Of a DNA stretch of 64,000 nt, positions 11,238 through 23,986 are shown one piece after another (the first letter of the stretch is position 1; each line of letters opens with the position of its first letter). A model generated the notes under the pieces. It ran no database searches, was not told the DNA's origin, and worked only from the letters and a program-made list of their open reading frames with translations. The DNA is taken from contig NW_027191462.1 of assembly GCF_011745625.1 (NCBI RefSeq), forward strand, positions 248,001 to 312,000. Direction: 5' to 3'. A program made the translations under genes and the position numbers. This DNA is from Cladosporium halotolerans. Taxonomy: Eukaryota.

Positions 11238-13710
11238 TCAAACGTCACCAACAGCATCGTTACCGTCCAACCTCAAATCTCCTCGCAGAGCAATGATCTC
11301 TCTATTGCTCCTCCGCCTTCTCAGACCCTCAAGCCCGCTTCCCGTCCGCCCAGATGCAGCGTCGTTACTGTGCAAGCTCCTACTTCCTCTCCTCCTCCTG
11401 ATGGCGTCTACGTATCCTCCGTCCCACCAGTCGCCGCCAAGGACCTCCTCGACGTCCTCTATATCGTCAAGGACGCTTTGTGGAGGATCAGAGTCGAACA
11501 CCGCTTGCAGGTCGCCATGTGCACCAAAATGCTCCCACAGCGTCAACCACGTGTGCTTGCGCGGCGGCGAGAAATAGCGGCTGCGTTTCCAGAGGTAGCG
11601 GCGCTCGTATAGGGATATGAGAAGGAGGAGAGGAGCGTTGAGGACGCGGACTGCGGTAACATTGATCTTGTGGAACCAGCGGTCGTTGGTCATAATCTTG
11701 AGCGGCATCAGGAAAATGAGGGCAAGGACGTTGAAAGGTGGGCGATAGGCGAAAATTGCGTCAGATTTGACACCTTCGAAAGTCAGGACGGCGCGACGAA
11801 ATTGGATTTCGGCAGTCGCGTTGGTGGCAAGATTCGTGTACGTGTTACTGAGCATGGCAACCAGAATGGTGAGGAAGAGGGTGTTTCCGAGGAACGCGAA
11901 CGTGATCATGAGTGTTGGGCCGAGGAGCCAATGCATTTCTGCAGAGCGCTGGACACCTGTGCCATCGAGACCGAACCAGATCCAGAGCATCCATTTGGCG
12001 ATTGTGAGCGAGGAGTGCTTGGTGTAGCCGTCTTGCGCCTCGGAGAGCCAATGCATGGCGAGCAAAAACCCGCCGAAACACCAGCCAGCCAGGACTGTGA
12101 GGAATGTGAAGTCTGCCATCATGGCACGAAGGGCAATGAACAGCATGTTCTCGGGCATGAGGCAGAAAGCGAGGCGTGGCAAAAGAACAGGCGCACCGAG
12201 TGAGAGGACATCGAGTGCTAGCTTGGAGACGCTCCCATCGTTAATGGCAAGGCCGTGCATGCGAATGCCGAAGTAGGTCGAGAAGATCAGCACAAATGTG
12301 ATATCGAGGAAGGACCACAAGTTTTCTGTGTGAACAGTCCATCCGTGCTCTGTAATCGACGCCAATTCGTCTAAGCACCAGCCTACTCCATAAGCAGCGA
12401 AGACTAGCTCAGCGACTGTGAAACGGAGATGCGAAGGTCCGATTGCGCGAGCTTTGTTGGCCAGAGTCAGAATGTAGAGGAGCAGAAGCACAACGAATTG
12501 GCAGGCTTCGATAATATTTCTTGTCCGCGGTACAATGAGTCGATATTGGTTGAGGAGTGGTGCTTTTCGAGGGTCATATAACGAGATACCGCGACTTTTA
12601 TAGCGGTCCGGTAGGATGTCGATAAATGATGTAGGGTTGTAGGTTATTCGCCCGCGGTACACCGCGTCGACAATCTTTTGACATGAGGTTGAACTCAAGA
12701 AACCCTTGGACTCGGTGACGATCGCAACCTCGAGTGCCGTCAGCATCCTTTCCCTATCTGGTCGGACGAAATGTGATGTGATAGCCCAGTGAAGCGCATT
12801 TTTTTTCGTTCTTTCGACTTCAGGAGGCGCGTTTTGGAATGGCTCGAACCCTGCAACAAGCACATTCGCAATGAGCAGAAGGCCTTGCCTGCCCTCGTGA
12901 TCTTCATCAAAGCGCCGCAAGACTCGGCCAGCGATAAGCTCGCAAACAGTAGCACGGGTGATGTTAACGGTCTGATGGTGCGCCTGGTAGCTTTGTTCGC
13001 GCAGGAATTGCATGCGATTGACGAGCAAACAGTATACGACCGATACGTCGTCTGCGTCGTACAAATGGTCGACTAGCGGCCTGATAACACTGATATTCAT
13101 CCTAGGGCTCTTAAGCTGTTCGAGGGAATATGGGTCATCTGTTTACGGGACAGAGTCCCTTCAGCATTAGCAGGTCGCCCTTGCTGTTCTGTTGAAGAAT
13201 CGCAGGCCTCCCTTCACCCATGATACAATGGCAGGACGAAGCCCACGACCATTCAGGAAAGACGAATGGGAATGACCTACCAATGCTCGCGACGACCAGC
13301 CGCCTGATTTTATGTATAGTTGTGTAGACTGGTAGCCATCCGTGAGGATTAGGCGCGCGAGGATCGTCATTTTTTCTTGGAGGATAGCAGCCATCATCGT
13401 CCGCTTGCTCTTCATCGTCCAGGAGTGTCTCTTGCTCTTCACGTGAGCGTGCTAGGCGCATTGCCTCACTAATGCTGCGATGGCTCTCGCCGCGCAGACC
13501 TTTACTCAATCGACCAGGTAGCGAGGGGCGTTCCGGCTCCGACAGTGCGATGCGCTGACCGTGAGACATGCCGCCGCTGGAAGCTTCTGCTTGCGCGGAG
13601 GACTCGAGGACGGAGGCGTTAGAGGCTTTTCTTGTGGTCGCGAGGATGCTGGGAGTGCGGAAGGGAGGACTGGCTACCGGATGGTTGTCGTCTGGGCTGG
13701 ACGAAGCCAT
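11238..13710 (-). CDS. TRP/Yvc1-like nonselective cation channel
   Basis: Start MASSSPDD at 13710. Intron 13280-13139 gives IDDPYSLEQLKSPRMN. Multiple TM helices, WIWFGLDG pore region and FLGNTLFLTILVAMLSNT S6-like helix. Confidence 0.82.
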
Positions 13711-14668
13711 GGCGGGCAGGTCTGTAGATATCCCTGTGGTCGGTTTTCGCGCCGGTTGCCCAGACTCGACCTGGGTGCGCTGTTTGCGCCGACTGGATGA
13801 AGGCAGTCTTGGTCCGTGGAAGCTCAATCATCCAGTAGGAAGTGAGGGCATGATGAGGTCAAGCCAGCATTGGGAAAGACTTGGCGGCAAGCCTGGATGA
13901 GGGGAGTCTCACCAGACGGTCCCTTTCCAGTTTGTAGGCAACCTGCGCGATATATCAAGATGCGCGATATATGCAGGTTGAGCGCATAATGCCTCAGTCA
14001 TGCGGATGCGGGTCTATTTGATTGTTCATGCGGCGCGCATTTGCACGCTGCTAGTGATGAGCGGTGCCATCTCCAGCAGCTCCCCTGCTGCCGCTTCTCG
14101 ATGCACGCGTGAAGAACGGCGAAACGCCGTGCCGGGTCACGCCTGCATGACAAGCACCAGACGAGCGCCCACCAGGCTCGTTGCTACACTTCAATGCATC
14201 GTCACAGTCACAATTCAATCACTGTTTCACCGTTCCTGACGCCCTTTGCTTTTTGAGACAGACTCGCAAAGATCGACCGTCGCGGAATCTCGATGGCCTC
14301 TCGGGGAACCGGCACATCTAGACTTGTTCGCCGATAAGATCCAAGATCCTCGCGGACCCACGTCATTTACCATTGCCCTCCGGCCCAGGGCGTTCGCGAT
14401 AATGTTGCAAGGTTTGAGCCAGCCGTAGCTGGGACCTCACGTGCTCCTGACTGTATCTCTCCATCATCCTCTCTTCTCGTCGTGCTCTCATCACTCTCCT
14501 TCTTGAGAGCGCCGTCGATCTGCTCGCCCCGGACTTCCAGACGCGTTCCTGCAGCTAAACGCGCGCCAGCGGGTTGCTATCCTGGTCCCGATCTCTGCAA
14601 CCCTAATAAGGCTCGATACGGCGGTCCCACACCCAATTGGGCCCAAGAGTTGCTAAATCGCAGCCTAA

Positions 14669-15561
14669 ATGACTTCTCGAAATGGGTATGGTACCCTCCC
14701 GCAAGAGGCTCCGATACCCAGCGATGTCGAACTGGAAAGGGCTGCGATGCTCAGCAAGCCCTCGCGAAAGGACGCCTTCGCATCGAGGTGTGCCGCATAC
14801 ATGAATGTCAATGTCACCAAGTCCTGGGGAGACCTCGCTTTACTAGGTTGCTACATTATCACTGGCTTGCTGGACAGCACCAGTATAATGGTCTGGGGAA
14901 GTTTCGTAAGCATGCAGACTGGTAAGCCACAGCAAGTCACTTTCGGAGCCGCATCGATGGCTAACCTGGCCGGACAGGAAACACGGTCTATCTTGGCCTG
15001 GGAATCATTTCACCTGATGAGAACGACAGATGGCTTCGCGCTCTCATCTCTATCGCTTGCTTCTGTCTAGGCAGCCTTTGCTTCAGCTCATTCCACCGGC
15101 GATTCTCACCATGCAAACGATGGGTTCTCGTCGGGTCATTCCTCGTGCAGATGCTGTTCATTCTTGCGGCTGCGCTGATGGCCAGCATCGGCCCCAAGGC
15201 CGACAAGTCAGCTTCTTTGAACATATGGGTTGGCATTTCCATTGGCCTGATCGCCTTCCAATCTTCCGGTCAAGCGGTGGCATCTCGCGCTCTGCAGTAC
15301 TCAGGGTTGACGAGTGTAGTCCTCACGTCTAATTACTGCGACCTCTTCTCTGACCCCAAGCTCTTTCAGCTCAGCCTCAGAGATAATCCTGAACGCAACC
15401 GCAGGACTGCTGCGCCGATTTTGCTTCTTGGTGGTGCCATGCTTGGTGGCGTCTGGGCTCACAGCTCAATTGGACTTGTTGGAGCGCTGTGGACTGCTGT
15501 GGTCTTGAAAGCCGTAGTGGTCGTCGCTTGGGCTGTATGGGCACCTGAGTCGGGCGAGTGA
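14669..15561 (+). CDS. DUF1275 / YoaK-family membrane protein
   Basis: Intron 14922-14977 yields the family motif FVSMQTGNT. Also AFQSSGQ and TSVVLTS motifs and several TM helices. Confidence 0.85.
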
Positions 15562-16101
15562 TTCACGATAGCGAAGGAGATATGTTCAACACTAAAGCAT
15601 ATTGCGATAAAGATTGTCTTACATGTACAATAAATGTGTTCGGAAGCTCTTGAGGTTATCTAGATTCTGACGTCCATGCACGTGATTGTACTGAGTACGC
15701 ATCGCACCTTCCACATATTGCAGATCCATGGCCACCTTTCGCGCGCATACTTCTTAAATAAACCAGACCACCCACTTCCCAATACGCTGAGGCCCCAGGC
15801 ATCTCGGAATCTAGCGCTCCGTGTACCTACCTCCCCTTCAGACGGCCCATTCAGCGCCAACGCCTACCCGACTTAGGGCTCCCTCGTCTAGCTATGCATA
15901 CCAAGAAACCTCGACCGTGCAATTGATCCGGTTGACATGCTCCGCACCCAGAACAGCAGGCACGCCGGCATCAAGGGCCGCTCGTAGACTGGACGGAATA
16001 ATTATTCCATAACCTTGACATGCTTTACAAATAAGACGAGGTCGCGCTCGTAAAGATGCAAATCGCGTGAACAATCTTAGACTGCCTTTACAAACGACAG
16101 A

Positions 16102-17570
16102 ATGCTGCTCCAGTCTTGTGTCCTCGCTTTGCTCGCAGGCGGTGCATTAGCACTTCCGAGCAAATCATCCAATGGCTTCGTCACCACTTCCGGCACCAAA
16201 TTCAAGCTGGATGGCAATGACTTCTACTTTGCTGGCAGCAATGCATACGTGAGAACCTCCTAAGCCATCTTCCTGATCCCTCAAGCTGACCTTTGGCATT
16301 GACAGTACTTCCCATTCAACAATGTGCGTGACATACTCACAGAGATGGCGATGGTCACTGACAGCACCCACAGAACCAAGCTGATGTGGAGCTGGGCCTC
16401 CAAGCAGCGAAAGATGCAGGTCTTAAAGTATTCCGCACATGGGGCTTCAACGACAAGAACGTCACATACGATCCCAACGGCCTGCCCAAGTACGGTGGTG
16501 AAGGTGCCGGCGGCACCGAAGTCATCTTCCAGCGGTGGGAGAACGGCAAGTCGACGATCAAGCTCGATGCGTTCGACAAAGTGGTCAACGCAGCGAGCAA
16601 GATCGGCATCAAGTTGATCGTGGCCTTGACCAACAACTGGGCCGATTACGGAGGCATGGATGTTTATACCGTCAACCTTGGTGGGAAGTATCATGACGAC
16701 GTGAGTATTCAAGGCGATCCCATGAGGCTTTATCCTGACGTGATCGCAGTTCTACTCCTCGCCGAAGATCAAGACCGCTTTCAAGCGTTACGTGAAGGCC
16801 ATGGTGACCCGCTACAAGGACAACCCGACCATCATGGCATGGGAGCTTGCCAATGAGGCCAGATGCGGCGCCGACGGCGTTCGAAACCTGCCCCGATCCG
16901 ATAAGTGCACGCCAGAACTACTGACTAGCTGGTACGATGAGATGAGCACGTACATCAAGAGCTTGGACAAGAAACACCTCGTCACGACTGGGAGTGAAGG
17001 CGGCTTCAATATCGTCTCTGACGATTGGGCGTACAATGGAGCTGACGGTAGCGACTTCGACAAAGAGCTCAAGCTGAAGAACATTGACTTTGGAACGTTC
17101 CATTCTTACCCAGATTGGTGGTCGAAGACTGTTGAGTGGACTGTACAATGGATCAAAGACCACGGCAAGTCAATGAGAAAGGGCAACAAGCCAGTCGTGC
17201 ATGAGGAATACGGTAAGCACGGCGATCATTGGATGCAAGGCGAATACAACTGACGCGCACAGGATGGCTTACACCAGAGACACGTCTTGCGTACCTTGGT
17301 CGAGTGGAGAATGCGACGAGGGCTGAGGTGCTTTCGCTGTGGCAGAAAACATCGTTGAAAGAGAGAATGTCCGATATGTATTGGCAGTACGGATTTTCGA
17401 ACTATTCGTATGGAAGAAACCACGACGATGGTTTTACAATCTTTCTCGACGAGTAAGTTGACGGATCTTACCCGGCTGAGGTGCAGGCCGAAAACTGACT
17501 TGGTAACAGTGCTGAAGCGAAGCCGCTGATATACGAGCATGCGGCAGCAGTCAACAAACTGAACAAGTAA
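16102..17570 (+). CDS. Secreted GH5 endo-beta-1,4-mannanase
   Basis: Signal peptide and motifs [28 protein letters not shown] (acid/base), HSYP and EEYG (nucleophile). Introns 16249-16305, 16324-16373, 16701-16749, 17213-17262, 17453-17509. Confidence 0.93.
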
Positions 17571-18140
17571 GCACCTAGGCATCGCCGGCAACCTGTTGCT
17601 AAGCATCCCAAGAACATGAAGGAAACTTGAGCTGCTATTGATCGTGCCAATTATATCCCGCGTACATAAGTAACCAAAGCATTGGGAGAGTTGCAAATTC
17701 AGCTTGTCCGATACTCTCAAGTGCTTCCTTATGTTAGAAGCTGATCAAAATCAATCGCGCCGTTCTCAACCCGTATCGCCAGACATGTGAGAGCGTTCTG
17801 CTTTTGGCACTCATTCAGAGTGGTTTGACATTTTGACATCTCTGTATCTTCGAGCTCTCGCCAATCTTGCTGTTCTCATCCCATAGCCTCCGAGCACTGA
17901 AAACCTAGGACTCATAATTGGCCTCAAATAGTTTCGATGGTGGCCTCAATGGACCTTTCCGACAGATGACCACTAACGGCATCCCAGGTTAACGTGTTCG
18001 AACGCGTCAAACCCAAAGTTGAAGAACCTGCTGCATCGACTCCATGTTGCGTTTACGCGTTGCTCAAGCTGCGATCGATTTCGACGTTCCCACTCCGCGT
18101 CATTTGGCCGCTGAGAGAGCTAAGAATTCTACCTTTACTT

Positions 18141-18172
18141 GCTCTAGATTTACCAAGCTCTAGATTTACCAA
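18141..18172. repeat. Perfect 16-bp tandem duplication (GCTCTAGATTTACCAA)x2
   Basis: Read directly from the sequence. Confidence 0.9.
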
Positions 18173-20396
18173 GCGTCCCAATAACTTCAATTTCGAAGTT
18201 GTGGCTAGTTTCGTGATTGCCAAACGCATGACACGACCGTCGAATGAGAAGGAGAGCGGAGTGTTTGGTTCTTTACATTACTGATGCACACCGTCTCCGT
18301 GTCTGTCAAACTAATACTAATTGTGTACTTCCATGGTGTTTGATGACAAACTCGAAAGATATGCCACTTTCCGATCGTGTGCTACTACTCTGAGGTGTTT
18401 GAAGAAGCGGCGGGTGTCAAAAAATTCGATATGTCAATTCCCAGCCATCTGGCACAAATCAGGATCTGCATCCCCGATTTGTGGCATGAAAGCTACAGTA
18501 TACATTTGTCAAGTAAAAGACTGGAGCTTTTGAATTCGAAACCCATTCAGCGGCGCTCATGAGTTGATGAGATGTCTGTTTTACTGTTGCACATGCTATG
18601 TGAGATGAGGAGTATCATTCAATTCGCGGTTTCGTTCGAACGTGTATGGTATGCGCAGTGGCCAACGTTACAGCTGTACGCCGTATTTGGCTGACATCTC
18701 GAAGTTGTGTTATAACGAGCAGACCGGTCTAGGAGATGCGAACTTGAGCCGGGCTGTTGCGGAAGTGGGGAAATCTTGCAGCGAGGCATTCACGGCGGGC
18801 CGGGTTCTTGCTGAATTGCGGGCTTCCGGTAACTCACAATCTCGTTACTTTGGAGCGCGGTTTGTCATAAAAACTGCAAGAACGTTTCTGAAGTACTCAC
18901 ACAGGGCTTGTTCACTTGGGGTAAATCCACTTGTCCCTGGAAAGGTCCAATCGATGGTGAAGACTACGTCTGCATGGAATTTGAGTCAAAAGCGTGACCC
19001 AGCCTCGAGTGATGTTTGTTCATCGAGGCGATAATCGAGCCGCAAAGTTCTCCCATGACCGCCGTTGTCGATGCTGGTCGAGAATGAGACTGGCGTGCGA
19101 TTGGCGGAATTCGAATGAAGTCTAGTCGATGGGGTTCAACCGCCCGGTATCCCGTTATAATACATAACGCTCAATTACACAATAAGACAAGGAGTTGAAC
19201 GGCAGGTCGCTTGCCTAGCTACCTAGGCGGAACACGATTGCTTGTGGCTGGCTGAGGACGCCACGCCAATTGGATCAGACCCAGCTGAGCCTGGCTTGTG
19301 CCTGGCTTGCAGGACATCAGCTGCAGACAAGAGCTTTGGACGATCTCCAGACGAGTGGGCCGATCGCGTACTGCAATGTGTACGCAATCATCAGTCGAAC
19401 TCATTTAGATCTCAAGGTATCAGGATCTAGCATTTTGATCATCGAGCCTGTAAAAAGTAAGTAGCATTCTGAATTCCAATGCCTACGCACAATCGTGACT
19501 TTCAGCTCGTACAGCAAATCTTTTCGCGATCACAACCAGTCGATGCAGGATAGGCGGCGGGGAAGGGGATGATTTGATGACAGCAATGCTGACCTGCTTG
19601 CAATGATGCGCCATGTAAGCTTGGCTACATGTGCGCTATGCATGTAGCTGCTGCTCAGGCATTCTGGCCTGAGAACGCCAGGCGCGCCTTCCGGCAAGTC
19701 GAGACCCCAGTGGGCCAGTGGCTTTGGGAGACTGGGCTGATCTGCTTGACTCGCACATCACTGCACATCCAGATTCAGCACGCTCAGCATCAGCAGCATC
19801 ATCAAAGCTCACGCGTCTCTGCATGACTAGCTTAGAGCTACGCTTGGATGGACTGCAGCTTCCTGGCTGGCACATGTCTCCAAACTTCACTCGCATGACA
19901 TTTGGGTTACACGCACGACTCTTGATTCGCCAGGCATCAAAACAGAGAACTCCTTGCCGTAGCCTACGGTAACAATGGACCCAGAAGCCAGAGTCTACGG
20001 CAGCATCCGCAATGACTGTTACCAATTTGGCATTTTACAAGTCATGCAATGGCCCGTACTATGACTTCCCCATCTTCTTACTAAGTGGCTTGCAGTGGGC
20101 GACGCATGTATATGCATGAGACATCAAGAAGACGTCGACATCGATCTCAAGATACCTCAACAGATATGGCGTGACCCAGATTCCGCGTCTGCCTATTCGT
20201 GAATACTGTTGAAAACACTGCAGACTCGGGCTGAGTTCAATATGTGGCCTGACGGCCGCATCAAACAAGAGTGAGGGGCGGCTTGAACGCTCATCACAGG
20301 GCATTCGCCTTCCGAACCCAATGGCTCGTATCTTGCTGCCGCGGCCAGTATCAGATACCGTAAGACGTCTTGTAAGACACGCCGAAAGACGTATGG

Positions 20397-20403
20397 TATA
20401 AAA
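20397..20403 (+). promoter_or_regulatory. TATA box of the M4 protease gene
   Basis: TATAAAA about 115 nt upstream of the ATG at 20513. Confidence 0.5.
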
Positions 20404-20512
20404 TCCATCAATGTCTTTTGAATATTGTCGCTTCTTTTTCCCCACAAGACGTCCTTCGTCTGCTGTCATCAAATACATCACTCATATCAAAACGTACGCC
20501 AAGAAATTTGCA

Positions 20513-21997
20513 ATGGACTGTAGTGGCTCTCACCGCTCGGGTTGCTGGGGCATCGTTCCGCCTCACATCCTGGAGCATTTGACTCACGCGTCCGGAACGA
20601 ATGAAAGGCAGAAGAATGCGGCCTCCAATACCCTGCAGGCGATGGAAGCTGTCCATCGAGCTCGCAATGCCATTGGACTGACTTCCTTTGCATGTCCTGG
20701 CGGACAGTCTTCAATGGGCAATCAGTCAGTGATGGGCCGCCAGTCAAACATGGAGAATCGCCAGTCCGATTTGATGGGCCGTCAAGCAGACATGTTTGGC
20801 CGTCAGTCGAACATGATGGACCGCCAATCTGACTCGACGGGACGCCAATCTGGTCTTATCCCGCCTTACATGTATGCGGAGATATCTCAATCTGAGGATG
20901 TTTCAGAGGAGACCAAAATCCGTATCAGACTCAACATGGAATTGGCGAACGGCATGGGTATGCGAAGCCCGTCGCAAGGTACAGAGCAGCCCATGCCAGC
21001 TGTTCCAGCTGAGCCTGCAATGCCGGAACACCTGCTTCGACTCGTGCGTGATGCACGTCAGACGAACCAGAAGGTCGGGAAGTTCGTAGTCAGAAACCAG
21101 CAAGAGCGAAACGCCTCCAGGGACGAAGGCGCCAAGCGGATCTGGGACTACCAAGAGCAGATCTTCAAGTTCTTTTCTCAAGTCTACGGCCGCAACTCCA
21201 TTGACGACAAAGGCTTCCACCTTGTCGCCACGGTTCACTGGGACGACGACAATGGCAGGACCCCAGGGTACATGAATGCGTTCTGGGACCCTCGGATGCT
21301 CGAGTGGTACTACGGTGATGGTGACGGTGCGATCTTCGACGACTTCACCAAATCGCTGGACATCTCCGGGCATGAATACACCCACGCTGTCACTCAGTTC
21401 ACGGCGAATCTGCCCTACCAATACCAGGCGGGTGCTCTCAACGAGCACTTCTCGGATGTCTTCGGCTCCATGATCAAGCAATACTTCCATGAAGGTGGTC
21501 GCCAACAGGCTGGAGATGCAGATTGGCTGATCGGCCAGGGGATCTTCCTCAGCGCCAAAGCGCCCGCGCTCCGAAGCATGAAAGCTCCTGGGACGGCGTA
21601 CGACTGGCCCGAGGTCATCGGGACGGATCCCCAGCCGAAAGACATGGACGGATACCGTGAGCTTCCCCTGGAGAAAGACAACGGGGGAGTCCATTTGTTC
21701 TCGGGCATTCCGAACCGCGCGTTCTACCTTGCCGCCACCGAGTTCGGCGGCTACGCGTGGGATACGGCCGGCAAGATCTGGTACGAGACGCTCGTAGACC
21801 CGGAGTTCGCAGCCATGTTCGATCCGGAAGCTTTCGGCGAACGGGACATTGAGAGGAACTCCAAGAATGCTTTCAAATTGATGGCACTGCTCACCTGCAA
21901 GCATGCGCAGAGTCTTTTCGGTCGACGTGGCTTTGACGTTGTGAAGAGAGCGTGGAAGACTGTCAAGGTTCTGCCGGCTAATAACTCTATGCTCTGA
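20513..21997 (+). CDS. Protealysin-like M4 (thermolysin-family) metalloprotease
   Basis: Intronless. Motifs NAFW, YGDGDG, HEYTH (21371-21385), GALNEHFSD and DNGGVH..SGIPN. Two IxPP protealysin-type propeptide motifs and no signal peptide. Confidence 0.92.
   Translation: MDCSGSHRSGCWGIVPPHILEHLTHASGTNERQKNAASNTLQAMEAVHRARNAIGLTSFACPGGQSSMGNQSVMGRQSNMENRQSDLMGRQADMFGRQSNMMDRQSDSTGRQSGLIPPYMYAEISQSEDVSEETKIRIRLNMELANGMGMRSPSQGTEQPMPAVPAEPAMPEHLLRLVRDARQTNQKVGKFVVRNQQERNASRDEGAKRIWDYQEQIFKFFSQVYGRNSIDDKGFHLVATVHWDDDNGRTPGYMNAFWDPRMLEWYYGDGDGAIFDDFTKSLDISGHEYTHAVTQFTANLPYQYQAGALNEHFSDVFGSMIKQYFHEGGRQQAGDADWLIGQGIFLSAKAPALRSMKAPGTAYDWPEVIGTDPQPKDMDGYRELPLEKDNGGVHLFSGIPNRAFYLAATEFGGYAWDTAGKIWYETLVDPEFAAMFDPEAFGERDIERNSKNAFKLMALLTCKHAQSLFGRRGFDVVKRAWKTVKVLPANNSML
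20699..20851 (+). repeat. Coding tandem repeat, mostly 21-nt period (xRQSx(M)x heptads) in the M4 propeptide
   Basis: Translated units: GGQSSM GNQSVM GRQSNME NRQSDLM GRQADMF GRQSNMM DRQSDST GRQS. Confidence 0.85.
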
Positions 21998-22265
21998 TTT
22001 AGTGATGTCACTAGCTGTCAGAATGGCCTTTCATTGAGCAGAGATTGTCCTAGGCTGTGTGGCATGTCCACAGCCTGATACGGCCAAAGTGGTATTGGGC
22101 GTCGCTTGGTAATACGCGAGTTCGAAATTGCTAGTACTCGCGGTCAAAAGTTCTGCCACCTCTCCTAATTTTGGGAAGAGCAAAAAGTCATGGGTTTTCA
22201 TGTTGATGATCAAAAAGCCACTACTAATATCTGCGCCATTGCGCACCCGAACATGTATCCAACTG

Positions 22266-23030
22266 CTAATACCGTTCCATGACCAGTCGAGTCTTCAACG
22301 AATCTTTCTCCAAAAGCCATCCATTGACTTGCAAGAAACCGAGGAACTTCTTACGAGCCACCGAAGCTTCTTCGAACCCCTCCACTTTGAAAGACGCTTC
22401 CACTACGTACTCGACCTCTCCACACCCTCTCTCGCTCCGAATCGGCCAGATCTCGATGTCGATTTCCAGACCATCCCATTCACCAGTCCATCGCGCAGCA
22501 GGGACCGGGCCAAAGATGCGAGATTGCTCCAACGCATCTCTTCCCCAGTTTTGCACATCATCCCAATGAAGGAATTTGTCGGGAGCTTCGTCAATCAACA
22601 TCTCGCGTGAGCTTGACTGGTTTGGCGGGTTCGTTTCTTCGACGGCCTTGGGTGTGGACTTTTCCCGAGTAATGGACAGAACCATCTTCGAAAAGCCCCA
22701 CTCGACCTGAGACTTGAACCTGTTGCCAAATCTGCTGAAACCATCGTTTCTGGCCATTGAGAGCGCATCTTCGACGCCGCCCATGTCGATTCCAGTGATC
22801 GGATAGCGCTTTTTGTAGGTGAGTTCGTATTCGTCTTTGTCTTGAAAGGCGCGGATACGAGGACTCCAGTCTTTACGATAGATCGATTTGTCGTTGGTAT
22901 CAAGAAATTGAACACCAATTTGCCTTCCCGCAGTTGGCATGTTGAAAACCGAGATCACGGATTTTGCTAGCTGACCTTCAACGACTACGGAAGGCTGTAA
23001 GAGGAACTTAACTTCGAAAGTGGGATCCAT
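22266..23030 (-). CDS. CYTH/triphosphate-tunnel-like protein of bacterial type
   Basis: Intronless, 254 aa from MDPTFEVKFLL. Features: N-terminal ExK, QFLDT, PRIR, ELTYKKRY, IEIW, VEASFK and C-terminal SLKT, matching the order of CYTH-superfamily tunnel residues. Confidence 0.65.
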   Translation of the reverse strand: MDPTFEVKFLLQPSVVVEGQLAKSVISVFNMPTAGRQIGVQFLDTNDKSIYRKDWSPRIRAFQDKDEYELTYKKRYPITGIDMGGVEDALSMARNDGFSRFGNRFKSQVEWGFSKMVLSITREKSTPKAVEETNPPNQSSSREMLIDEAPDKFLHWDDVQNWGRDALEQSRIFGPVPAARWTGEWDGLEIDIEIWPIRSERGCGEVEYVVEASFKVEGFEEASVARKKFLGFLQVNGWLLEKDSLKTRLVMERY

Positions 23031-23986
23031 TGTTCGTGGAGTATGTTGGCTCAAGGCTTTGCCTGGTGGCCTTCGGAGAGCACGCACGTGTTTAGAGACG
23101 TATCTCTGCGGAGAAGATGGACGCAAGTCGGAAAGTCTTCAAGTCGGGGTGCATGCGTCGGCCAGCGCCATTGACGGTTGACGTGCTCAATTTGTATGTC
23201 CATAGCAGTCCTCTCACTTCTTTACTTCTCTAGACAACCCCTCAAACTAGACTCCTCATACCATTCTCATGCCACCTTGCATCCTGCTAATCACAGCAAT
23301 CGTCTGACCACCCAACATCTGACAAGATGCACTGCTATTTGGCGTCACTGTCCACTTCATGTACCATGCCATTTCTTGTAGCGACCTACATATAAAGGCG
23401 CATGCAGCATCTCAGCTCCTCATGCCACCCGCCACCTTACTTCCCTCATTGGTCATGCAAAAGCTGAAAGTGATCGTGGTGTCGACAGCAATAGCCATTC
23501 TTGCAGGAATCCACACCCAACTGCTTGTTCTCTTACTCCCACGTCCAGCCGCCGTTCGCTACACCACTTCTCTCGACGATGCCTCCTCACCCCACTGCCG
23601 ATACCTACGACCACGCTTTTCGACCTTTCTCCAATCGAACCCCCATGCCACATTCTCATATCACGAGCGCTTACCTTGGCAACGGCGCTCTCGATCAATC
23701 ATGAAACCACCACCTTCAACATGCTGCTGAACACTGCAAAGCTCGTGCGAGGAGGTGTTGGATGGCTTACGGGCTGCTGCAATGGATTGCAGAAGCAGGC
23801 AATGGTCTCACAAGCCCGTCCGGGAAGCCTCGCGGGTTTCGCTTGCCCAGGGGTTATATAAGAAGAAAGTAGTCGTCAACGACTAGCCGTAGCTTCATCC
23901 GCACCAATACCATCCCCACTATTGCCCATTACTATTCGATATCGCACCCCGTCGACAGTATCCCAACCATCCCCCAACCACCCAAA

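Noticed and set aside
17720..18560. Possible minus-strand pseudogene (…PGMPLVVICRKGPLRPPSKLFEANYES*…)
   Set aside because: Stop density is about what random sequence gives and no family is recognisable.
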